Shown here: piece by piece, positions 40,285 through 52,772 of the stretch
Position numbering within the stretch: position 1 is the first letter of the stretch
Layout: each line of letters opens with the position of its first letter
DNA from: Neocallimastix sp. 'constans'
Taxonomy: Eukaryota
Direction of reading: 5' to 3'
Length of the DNA: 64,000 nucleotides
Assembly (NCBI GenBank): GCA_050613775.1
Contig: JBODTK010000014.1
Coordinates: 62,001 to 126,000 of the forward strand
Made by a program: the position numbers and the translations under genes
The notes under the pieces: generated by a model
The model's input: only the letters and a program-made list of their open reading frames with translations
Database searches by the model: none
What the model was told of the DNA's origin: nothing

Positions 40285-41216
40285 TATAATATATTTTATT
40301 ATGTATTAATTATTATACTTTATTTTAATAATTAATATTTGTTATTATTAATATATTATATTATTCTTTATCTAAATTAAATCTAATAGTCGTATTAATA
40401 TATATATTATATAAATCAAAACTTTTTTTATGTCATAAATATATACATATTATATAATCTTTTTATAATTTACACTTTTAATTAATAGCATCTCCATTTT
40501 TATCAAATCCATTAGAAGAAAATAAAAAAAAAAAAAAAAAGGAAGAAAAAGAAAATAAGGAATATAAATTTCCAATAATTAGAGAAGAAAAAGAATGAAG
40601 ATATCTAATCGGTACCACGTCACATATTTATTTCCACACTCATTATTCAAAAAAAAAATTACTACTATTAATACAATTTTGACTGATATGATCTATTCAT
40701 TACATTATCAGTAACGGTACTACTATTTTCACTGTTACTCCTATTAATATTCGTATTTTCACTATTAATACAATTACTATTGTTAACAACGTTTATTGTT
40801 ATTACTATTATTATTAATATTATACAATTACTACTACCACCGGAATCAGTACTTGATTCTATATTATTCATATCAATGATAACAATGTATACATTACAAA
40901 CTCTGGGAAAAACTTAAAAAAAAAAAAAAAAATAATAATAATGATTATAACAATATTAATAGTAAGTATATATATAATATAAAATAATATAATCTAATAT
41001 GATATAATACAAAGTAGAAAAAGTAATTATTATTATTATTTTTTTTTAAAAAAAAAAAAAAAAAAAAAAAGACTTTTATATGAATATAAAATAAATCTTT
41101 ATAATATTTTATTTATTTAATTTTGTATTTGAATATTTATGTTTGTATGTATTAAAATATAAATTAATAAAAAAAAAAAAAAATTAAAAAAAAAAAAAAA
41201 AATAAAAATAAAAAAC

Positions 41217-41259
<43 letters not shown>

Positions 41260-41673
41260 CATTTCATTTTATTTATTTATTTATATATAAATATATATAT
41301 TTGATATAAAAATTCAAAAATAAATATTGATATATTAAATTTTTAATAAATGATATTTCTTTTTTTTAATTTTTAATATATTAATTAATAAATGATTTTA
41401 ATGATATAGTGATAAATATAAGTATTATTTAAATATATAAATATATTATTTAATGTATGATAACAAATAAAAAAATTATTTATTTATTATCATTATTGTT
41501 GTTATTATTTTTTTAATAAAAAATATATATTATTATATTATATTTATATTTATTTTATATTTATATCTTATGCGTATGCGTATAATATATATAAAATCAA
41601 AGATACTTGATAATTTTCAAATTCTTTTTTTTTTTTTTCTTTGGAGAAAAAAAAAAAAAAAGGAAACTCTAAA

Positions 41674-42852
41674 TTAAACAAAATTTACTTTTTTTAATTG
41701 TCTTTTGTTTAATTGTCTTCTATATAATTGTCTTTTTTCAAACTTTATTTTATGTTGCTTCCTCTTTGGTAAGGCATAGTATTTTAATACTTCTTTCCTC
41801 ATTTTTTTACTTGTCCTACCATACCATGTTTGGTCATTAGAAATTTCTTCACGAAGTAACTTTGATTCATTATCTTTTCCAACAATACCAGCTAAATGTA
41901 ATATGAAATCACCATGTTTTTCTACACCAAAGTAACTATTAAACCAAGTTTGGGGTACAATAATATAATGATCTTTATCATCATTGGTTTCAGTTAATAC
42001 ATTATTTATTGAAGATTGATCAGCAAATCTTAAACTTTTATCTTTGTTAAAATAGGAATATGCCATGGCACGCATTAATAAATTAAGAGACCAAGGATGA
42101 ACTCTAATTAAAAAAACACCAGCATTTAATCCACTAGAATCATCTGAAGCAATAAAATGAATTTTATTCATTTTATCATTTGGTAAAAAGGTTTCTATTC
42201 TAATATTTGGATTAGTAAGAATAACATCACTATCTACCCAACTAATAGTTTATTTAAAATAAATTAATAAATAAATAAAAATAATAATAAAATTTAGTAT
42301 AATAATATAATATATATTTACATATTAAAAATCAATAAAAAAAAAGGTATTAATAAATATAAATATAAATGTATAAATATAAAAATATAATATATCATAT
42401 ATATATATATATATATTTTATAAAAATAATAAAAAAAAAAAAAAATATTTACAAAATCCAACCATATCTCTTTTCCTGTAATCTTTCGATAATTGTTTCT
42501 ATAATTGAATTAAATTTCATATAAAAAATTTGTCTTTCCGTATCAAATCTATTATGATAAAACTTAAAATCATAGCCATGTATTTTTGAATATTGATAAA
42601 AGGAACTAATTGCATTTTCATAAGCACTATTTGGTGCAACTTTATCTGAAAACATAACAATAGATATATCTTCTTTTTTCAATTCCTTTTTATTTAAATC
42701 ATAATAATAACATGAAGATGATAAAATAATATGTATATATATATATATATATATATATTTAAATTAGCTTTATAAATTATAATTACTAGTTTCATAATAA
42801 TCATTAAAATAATATAAATTAAGAAAATAATAGAAAAAAAAAGTTTTCTTTT

Positions 42853-42883
<31 letters not shown>

Positions 42884-43656
42884 GATATAATTTTATTTTT
42901 TTTTTTTTATTTTATTTTTATTCTTACCTTATCTTTAACACAGTGATAATCTACATGAAGATACTTATATTTTTCTTCACAAGAATCATTAAAGATATAA
43001 CCTCCAGGAATAAGAGTACAATAAACTCTACCTTCACAAAATTCTTTTACTGTATCAATGGGTTCGTTACCACATTCCTTATCGACTTCAAGTTGGTCTT
43101 TTTCAATTTTTTCACCCTTATGATTTATATTACAATGTTCATAATCATTGGCATGACGACCATAAAATACATAATCAATTTTAATGGTATAATGAGCGGG
43201 ACATGAGATTTCATATCCTTCATAGGCTTCTGGTGGAACATCTTCATTGTATTCACAGAAATAATTATTCTTACTGGGATGAACCACATCTTCAAGCTTA
43301 TCAAAATTTTCTTGGTTATAATAAAATGACAAATCTTCAGGATGAATTAAGTCATATATATTTAGTTTAGTTCCATCATCTTTTTCTCTATCAACAGTAA
43401 TTGGACCATGGTCAGCCTTTTCATCAACAAAGACAAATCCATATGGTAAATCAGTAATTGCTTCATTTTTATGTTCAGAATTTAAATCTTGTTTATATTT
43501 ATCTGTTAATTTAATTTCAATAAAAAGAGTGGCTGCAATAACTAAGATTGTTGATAAAATTACTATAATTCCATTTTTGAATATATGAAATTTACTAGAA
43601 GTTTTACTCTTTTGACTATCTAATAAAAGAATTTTATCGTCATCAACTTTTGTCAT
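41674..43656 (-). CDS. Type II membrane protein: SUEL (Gal_Lectin) domain fused to GT34 glycosyltransferase, paralogue A; exons 43656-42928, 42685-42453, 42241-41674
   Basis: TM helix; ISCP..IKIDYVFYGR..C..C..CEGRVYC..DSC..YKYLHVDYHC lectin; YSKIHGY, FWVDSD (DxD across a splice junction), GLNAGVFLIR, ADQS, GDFILHLAG GT34 motifs. Confidence 0.92.
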
Positions 43657-44229
43657 TTTAATATAATATAATTATAATTACTATTTTTTATTTTAAATTT
43701 ATAAATTATATAACATATATATATATAAAGGAACAATAAATTTTATTTATTTCGAAATATTCAAAGTTTTAAAATAACATCATAATCAATATACTAATGT
43801 TAAGTGTATTGTTTATAATCACTTTTTTTCTTTATATATATATAATTAAAAAAAAAAAATATCAATATGAATAAAAAATTTTTAATAATTAATTAAGAAA
43901 TTTAAGTTTTATATATAAAAAAAATTTTTTTTTTATAATTATTTTTTATTTTTATTAAATGAAATGGACTATTAAAGAAAAAAAGAAATAAAATTTTTTA
44001 TATATTAATTATGCATTAAATATAACAAATCAATATATTCTTATATATTAGATAACTCTATTTTATATATGATTCGATTTAATTTGATTTAATTTGATTT
44101 GATAATTGACACTTCGAAAACTTTGACGCTTTTTTGACATATATATAGAAAATTTTTGACATAAATAATAAATAATAAATAATAAATAATAATTAATAAA
44201 TAATAAATAATAAACAATAAATAATAAAT

Positions 44230-44660
44230 AGTAAATAATAAATAAATAAAAAGAGTATTTATTAATAAATATTAAATAATTGAATAATAAATAATTGAAT
44301 AATTGAATAATAAATAATAAATAATAAATAAATAATTAAATAATAATATTAAGTAATAAGTAATAAATAATTAAATAATAAATAAATAAAAAGAGTATTT
44401 ATTAATAAATATTAAATAATTGAATAATAAATAATTGAATAATTGAATAATAAATAATAAATAATAAATAAATAATTAAATAATAATATTAAGTAATAAG
44501 TAATAAATAATTAAATAATAAATAAATAAAAAGAGTATTTATTAATAAATATTAAATAATTGAATAATAAATAATTGAATAATTGAATAATAAATAATAA
44601 ATAATAAATAAATAATTAAATAATAATATTAAGTAATAAGTAATAAATAATTAAATTATT
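44230..44660. repeat. 140-bp tandem repeat, 3 copies
   Basis: AAGAGTATTTATTAATAAAT recurs at 44251, 44391 and 44531. Confidence 0.9.
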
Positions 44661-46864
44661 CCATATGAAATAAAATATGAAAATTATTATTTTTAGAAAA
44701 AAAAAAAAAAAAACTCTTATAGTAGAGTTGAAAATATGAATAAAAACTGAATGGTATCGTATTAGAGAGAAAATAGAATATAAATAAATCAAATATAAAC
44801 ATATTATTGAGAAAATAAAATATAAATGAACTAAAATGATAATTTTATTATATAGAATATAAAATAAAATATAATGAATGCATGCTAACTAATAAAACGT
44901 TAAATCATATCGTTTATTAGTAGAAGAGACTTGTAGAGCGAATTTCATTCCTATTTAATATTTTCATATATAAAGAGATCAATTAAGAGACCATTTACTA
45001 TTTAATGTAGAAATAGATTGAATAGATAATCAATTGAATATTACAATCTATTTTAAATATTTATAATTAATTTTTAAATTATTAAGCAATTTATATATTA
45101 AAAAATAATAAAAATTATTATAAAATATTAAAATATTTTTTCTTATAATATATAACAAGAAATATTTTATAATTATTTTTTTTTACAATTTTTAATTTAC
45201 TTTTCCAAAATTTATATATTATTTCTAGTAATTATATAATTAAAATTCCATTAATTTTATTTATCTACTTCTTTTTTAATAAAATAACAGTCAATATAGA
45301 ATTAAAATATTATAAAAAAAATTAAGAAAAAGAATAAAAGAAGAAAAGAATAAAAGAATAAAAGAAGAAAAGAAGAAAAGAAGAAAAGAAGAAGGAAAAA
45401 AAAAAAAAAAGTTGTCATACCGAAATTTAATTTTTTGTACAAAATTTAATTTAATATATTAAAACTATAAATTATAATAATGTAAAAATTTAAATCAAAC
45501 TAAAAAAGAAAAGAAAATTCTATTTAATTATATAATTAATAGACTTAATAAATAATAAATAATAAAATAATAAATAATAAATAATAAATAATAAATAATA
45601 AATAATAAATAATAAATAATAAATAATAAATAATAATATAAATAAAAGAATTAAATAATAAATAATAAATAATTAAATAATAAATAATAAATAATGAAAT
45701 AATAAATAATGAAATAATAAATAATTAAATAATAAATAATTAAATAATAAATAAATAATAAATAATAAATAATAAATAATAAATAAATAAAAAGCATTTT
45801 TTTTATTATTTATCTAAATATGGCAATATTATTTCATATAAAATAAAAGATAATTTTAATGCATGGGAAATTAAAGTTTTATATTGACATCATTTATCCT
45901 AAGTAATTAAGGTAATCTTTAACCAATAATACTTTAATTATATAAGTAAATGTAATCTACTTAATAATAAATAATACAAATATTGCATATAGTCCAGTCA
46001 TAGGAAGGAGTACAGTAATAGATACAAATAATGTTAAATGATATATCATAGAATATAATATATATTTTATTAAATTTAATATTTATAAATGATACTTATA
46101 TTTTATTATTTTGTTTACATGTTATTTGTAATCATTTTTCTGTGATAGTCTAAACATTATTTGATACTATTTAATGTTAACTCGGCACGATACTTTCAAA
46201 TAGAATTCTTTTATACTTAATAATAAAGTATAATGTACAATGTACAATGTACAATGTAACTATTTAATTATGTAATTAAATAATATAAATTTACATATAT
46301 GTAATTATGCAATATAATGTATGTTATATTCCCCAATGTGGCGTATTATGAAAAGTGGCGTTTTAAAATAAATAATTATTGGTAGAGAAATAATAACAAA
46401 TAAGATATCAATAAAAAAAAAGAACAGTTAATTGAAACATTTAATTATAAAGATAACCAATTTTTTTTTTTTTTTTTTTATATTTAAATATTATAATATA
46501 TATGTAATTATATAATTATACAATATAATGTCAATATATATACCTAGTACAATCCTTTTCTTATTCTTTTTTGCCTTATGTCGAAAAGTTTTCTCTTCAT
46601 TATGTTTTCATTTTGAACTTATCTAATGGAGTGAAAAGGATTTAAAATAACTAGGTTTATTATTAAGTAGATTGCATTTATTTATTGTGTGTATAAACAA
46701 ATGGACAGACTATATCATTTTTTTCCTTTTTAGTTCTTCAATTTCTGATTGAAAAATATTATTTCTTTCATTGAAGCATTGCTAAGTTCTTAATAAGATC
46801 AATATAAAGTTTATTATATTTTAATATGAAATATGCCTTTAATTTTATTAAAATATATATATAT

Positions 46865-47131
46865 TGTTAGAATATGTGAAATGTATGAAATATAGGCTTC
46901 AAATGTATTGAAACATATTGTAATATAAATAATGTATAAGCCACAATGCATTAATATAAAAGCATTTAATTTAGAATAATTAAGTGCCAGTAACTCTTTA
47001 TCATAAAATATATTAATAAAATTGACATAATTATAAACCATAAATTCATAACTCTTAACAGATTAAGAGTCTCATCTGACTCTTAAAAAGATTCATAGCA
47101 AAAGGATCTTTTGCCGGAAACAATATTATGT

Positions 47132-47166
<35 letters not shown>

Positions 47167-49033
47167 ATAATTGTATTTTAAATTATGATAAAGGTTGCTC
47201 ATTATGTCAATTTTTAAGATGACTAACAAAACTGATAACTGATCAAAATGATCAAGACAGAAAAATTGAAGATACGCGTAAAATATAAAACTGTTGATAA
47301 AAGAAGTTATTTCAGGATAAGTAAAACTTAAAAAATATAAAAATATTTATTTAAAAAGAAAAAACACGTATAAACGTATATAAAAGAAAATTATATATTT
47401 TCATACTAGAGACTCTTAATTGAAATTATAATTTGATATCTTAACAAATAAGCTTTTAGCTATTAGTAATGTAATATCTATACATGAAGGAATCTACTAT
47501 GTGATTGATTATTTCCGCTCCATGAATATACAAAACATATTATTTAAAGTATAGTTATTTTAACGCGTATTTATAAATATCAAACGCGTATATATAAATA
47601 TAAACTACAATAATGGAGGAGTCTATATGTCAGAGACCTCATATAAAATAATTAATATATTATATCCCAAATATTCAAGGGAAATATAATAGAATGGTAA
47701 TTCCTAGGGTACATTCTAACAATAATAATATTATTAAACCTAGCGTGAAATAGGTTTAAATAAAAAAAAAAAATTATTTAATATAATCATAATACAAACC
47801 TTTGTAATGAAAGGTATAATAAAATAATAAATATAACCATGAGTTATATAAAAATGGATGATGTTTATCCATTTATAAACTATACTTATTTATTACAGAC
47901 TATTTAAAATTATTAAAATTCTATAATTAATATTATAATGATGAGAAAATCCAAATATATAAAATCCTTTTTAGAAATTTGAATTTTAGGGGGAAAGTAG
48001 GCAAAATAAAATACAAATTATAAAAATATAAAAGAAAATAAAAATATTAAAGAAAAGTCACTTAACTGATTCTTTGAGCTAATTACTTAAAAATATTATT
48101 ATCCTGAAATGAATAAAATAGCTTACTAATAGCGAAAATTAAAAAAAATTTAACCTTTAAGAAAGAATTAACTGAAATAGTGAATATTAATCAATTATGA
48201 AACAATTTATATTATTACTAATAAGTTTAAATGACTAGAATAATATAATTAATTATAAATACAATCAATTTTAATACCCCAAGATTATGATTTATCAAAT
48301 ACACCAATATATAATTAACAATTTATTTTAATAGTTATCGCTAAAACTACAAAGCGAAAATATATAAAAGTTAACGCTAATCTATAAAGCGGATTATAAT
48401 TATTAGTGATATAAAACCCAATATATAAGAGGTATTCACATAAATTGAGATGGTATAATATCACCCTTCAAGAGAAAGGTTTCCATCATATATAAATGGT
48501 ATATTTAAGCCATATAATTATTTTATATTAAAGATGACATAGATTCATCTAATATTTATTAATGGTGTAAAAATATTAAATATTTAGTTTTAGGGGGAAA
48601 TTATTAGATTATAAATATATTTAAGAAATTATTTTAGCAATATTTAAATTAAATTAAATAATTAATATAACATAAAAAATATTTTATTCATGTAAAATTA
48701 GAGGTTAATTTAGGATAGAAATATATATAACAGTTTAATAATATCAAGTTAATAGTGTAAAATAGGATAATTTTATATACACATATTCACCAGTAAACCA
48801 ATTTATTCATTATAGAATAACTAGGTTTAAGGGGGAATGTTAGAATATGTGAAATGTATGAAATATAGGCTTCAAATGTATTGAAACATATTGTAATATA
48901 AATAATGTATAAGCCACAATGCATTAATATAAAAGCATTTAATTTAGAATAATTAAGTGCCAGTAACTCTTTATCATAAAATATATTAATAAAATTGACA
49001 TAATTATAAACCATAAATTCATAACTCTTAACA
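46865..49033 (+). mobile_element. Non-autonomous LTR retroelement (TRIM/LARD-like, 2169 bp) without recognisable gag-pol
   Basis: Identical 196-bp TG..CA LTRs (46865-47060, 48838-49033); TSD TATAT; PBS GATTAAGAGTCTCAT 47061-47075; PPT AAGGGGGAA before 48838. Confidence 0.95.
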
Positions 49034-49108
49034 TATATATATATATATATATTTTAATAATTAAATACATATTTAATATTAAACTTTTTAAAATCTATTT
49101 AAAGTAAT

Positions 49109-49146
<38 letters not shown>

Positions 49147-49489
49147 AGGTATATATATATAAATATTGTATTTAACTCCCAACATCTCCTATCCAAAATT
49201 ATTGAATTGTATCTTCTCTCATAAAGCTAAAGTCTCATCAAGAAGGAACATGTAAAAATTTAATAATTTCATAATTTCAATTCTAATATTAGAATAAAAT
49301 GTGGAATAATCAAAATATTCAATGAATATATTGATTGAATTATCAATCCATCACCAATGCCACAATTCTTATTTTAACTCTATGACTTCTGAGTAGTAAT
49401 AAATGTTGCTCTATCTAATAATTTACATCTTAAAATATATATATAAAAAAAAAAAGAAAAAAGAAAAAAAAAATTTGTAAAAAAATTAA

Positions 49490-49529
<40 letters not shown>

Positions 49530-49559
49530 TTTTATTTTTTAATCTGTAAAAATTAAATT

Positions 49560-51651
49560 TGGAAAACGATTCATTTTTATACCTGTAATACTTTTTGTTA
49601 GAGGATCTGAGCTATACTGCTATATAAAGAAGAGCATCAAGTAAAGATTTATATTCCCCCCTCCAACATTGACCAAATTTGAATTTTCTCTTTTCAAAAT
49701 TTATTACATTTCTGCAAGGCCTTTTGACACTCTTTGCTTTATTCATCTTATATTTTTTGATGATCTTGTTGATGTAATCAATTTGATTTATTTTGTATCC
49801 ATCTTTAGTTATATATATATAATTGATACCAATTATTTTATTTGCTTTTAATTCTTGTGAAATCTTATATTTACCATTTTAATTTATTAATAGTATAATT
49901 TATTTCATTATCCTTTCCCGTTATTAAAATGTCAATAAACATATAACTTTAGTAAACAAACTTATTTAATACTTTTATCATATTTACTAAAGAGATATTT
50001 ATCTGTATTGTATTTTTTTTTAAAAAAAAATCAATATTATTTAGAAAATATGATATTTCTTTATACCACATTCTACCAGCTTGTTTTAAAACTGTATAGA
50101 GCCTTCTTTAATAGCCAATATTTATTTTTATTGTAGTTTTTTTTATCACCTAAAGGTATATTTTCAGATATATTTTTTCTTCTAAATATCACATTTAAGT
50201 ATACAGCTTTTATATCTAATTGTTTAAGATTCCATTTATTTAGAGAGGCTATAGCGACTGTCAATCTGAGATTGTCGGCTTGAATTGTTAGTGAATATGT
50301 TTTAATAAAATCTTGCCCAGGTATTTGTTGGAAACCACGAGCCACTAGTCTTGCCTTTTTTTTTTTTTTTTTTTTTTTTTTGTTATCATATTTTTCAGTG
50401 AATACTCATTTAGTATCTATTATGTGTTATAATTTTTTTTTTTTGAATTTTATTAACTTCTTCCATTACATTGTTGTTATTCATGTTTGAAAGTTCTTCT
50501 TTAATGGCTAATTTCCATTCATTGTTGTCTCCAGAATTGATGGCTTTTTCATATGTGTTTGTAACGTTCGTAATTATGTATATAACTTTGTGTCGTTTGT
50601 TATTTTTATTTTTTAATTTTTCTTTTCTTAAATTTAATAGCTCATTATCTGAATCACTATTATATTCTTCTTAGACAGATCTTTTATTATTTAAATTATT
50701 TTTATTGGTAGCATTATTGTTTAAATTATTATTATTTAGATTATTATTGTCACTTAAATTATTTTTATTTAAGTTAGTATTGATGTTTTGATTGTTATTA
50801 AAAGAATTATCATTATTATTGTTTGAATTATTATTATTATTATTATTTAAATTATTGTTATTTTTAAAAATATTACTATTATTATCATAATTATATAAAT
50901 TTTTATTATTAAATAAATTATTATTATCGTAATGACCTAATCTCGTGTATCATAAAATAATATCTATATGAAAAAAAGTTTTTTTTTTTTTTTTTTTTTT
51001 TTGAAATAACATTATTAATTGATATGATATCAAAAAAAAAAAAAAAATAAAATTTTTCGTCATCTGCTTAAATATTTGCTATTAATTTATTATTTTTTTT
51101 TATTATCTGTAATCTGTCCTTAATATTAATATTTTTCCATAATTATTTTACATTCCATTTTTTAGTATAGAATGTGTTGAAATTAAATTATTTTTGATAA
51201 TTTAACCTGTAATAAACATTAGATAAAAATAAAAATTAATTTATTATTTTTTTAAATCAACCATTATAAGTTCCTATATGCTTTACTTTATCTAATTTTC
51301 CATTTGGGTAATTGTTAACATCATTAATATCTTTTTTTTTTTTTTTTAAATTATTTAATTCATTTGTTAGATTGATTCCAGTTCCACTATCAGTGTGGAA
51401 TTTATTTTCTTTTTTAAAATTTGTGTTATTATAGTTTTCAATTACTGAGATACTTCCAGTAAAATTAATATATGTTTCATCCATAAAAATCATTCTCATC
51501 ATTATATTCATATGAATTTTCAGAAATATCGTCATCATTATCGTTATTATAATTATCTTCATTAATATTACTTGAAAGATAATTATTTTTATTTCGATTT
51601 AATTAAATTAAACTTATTATTATTATTATTGTTATTATTATTATTATTATT

Positions 51652-51689
<38 letters not shown>

Positions 51690-52126
51690 TATAATTATTT
51701 TTAATTTTTAAAACTATTATTTTTATAATTATTGCTTTCTTTATTTAAAGAATTAAATTTACAAAAATCAGTCGAATGAACCTTTAACTTTAAAGATATG
51801 ACAGTAATATTCTTTATTAGAATTAATATTATTATAAGATTTTCCTTTGTTCATAATATTGATATTTAAATCAATAGATTATATTATTTGAGTATTTTAA
51901 TATATTTGCCTTTTTTCGAAAAAGTCGTGTCTTTTATATAATTCATTAATTATATCATTAAAAAATTATTAAAACTGTAGATAGTAGGTAAATTAATATC
52001 AATTTTATCTAGTTCAATAGATGAATAAAAAAGTTTTATTTCCTCATCCATTGATTTTCTTTATTTAAATTTTCACACCTGAATATAATCATTATTATTA
52101 ATTTTTAAATTTTTGATTTTTTTTTT

Positions 52127-52204
<78 letters not shown>

Positions 52205-52462
52205 TTAGGATTATTATCAACATCAAACAAATCAGAATTTTTTGTAACATCATTATTTTCAGAATCATCATGTGTAATTGGGTAGATAGTTCCATTTTCC
52301 TTACTTTTAGTTGGATTGATGAAGTAGAACTCTCTTCAATTGCTTTTTTATTATTTTTTTCTCTTAGGCATTATGATGAACATAAAATAAAAACAAATAA
52401 AATAAAATAAAAATTAAAAATTATTTATTAAAATTTATTAATATCATATAATGTTTTATAAG

Positions 52463-52494
<32 letters not shown>

Positions 52495-52769
52495 AGTTTC
52501 TCAACACTGAAACTCTTAATCTGTTAAGGAGTCACACAGAATGTGGTGTACACCCATACGATAATTATATTATTATATATTTATTTATTTATTAATTATT
52601 ATTTTATATTTTATAATAAAAGGACTCAATTATTTAATATTATACATTAATTTAATATTTAATCTAGTATATCACTAATACACTTTATAATATCTTAATG
52701 AACATTACTTAATATTATTATTATAATTATTAAAATTTAATTATAATTTAAAACTTTTTTCTTTTAACA
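49560..52769 (-). mobile_element. Degenerate, internally deleted Copia element related to 3941-8956
   Basis: Candidate 5' LTR 52769-52522; PBS GATTAAGAGTTTCA (52521-52508); gag start ~52371; INFTGSISV..DSGTGINLTN protease; ARGFQQIPG..LKQLDIKAVYLN..LLKKALY RT; DPLTK remnant ~49600; no 3' LTR found. Confidence 0.88.
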
Positions 52770-52772
52770 AAA

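Noticed and set aside
40668..40871. 67-aa N/S/I-rich ORF
   Set aside because: Low complexity, no recognisable domain or supporting exons; may be a gene fragment but unsupported.
46814..49014. Duplicated 75-aa minus-strand ORFs (46814-47041, 48787-49014)
   Set aside because: They are the two identical LTRs read antisense; no sign of coding function.
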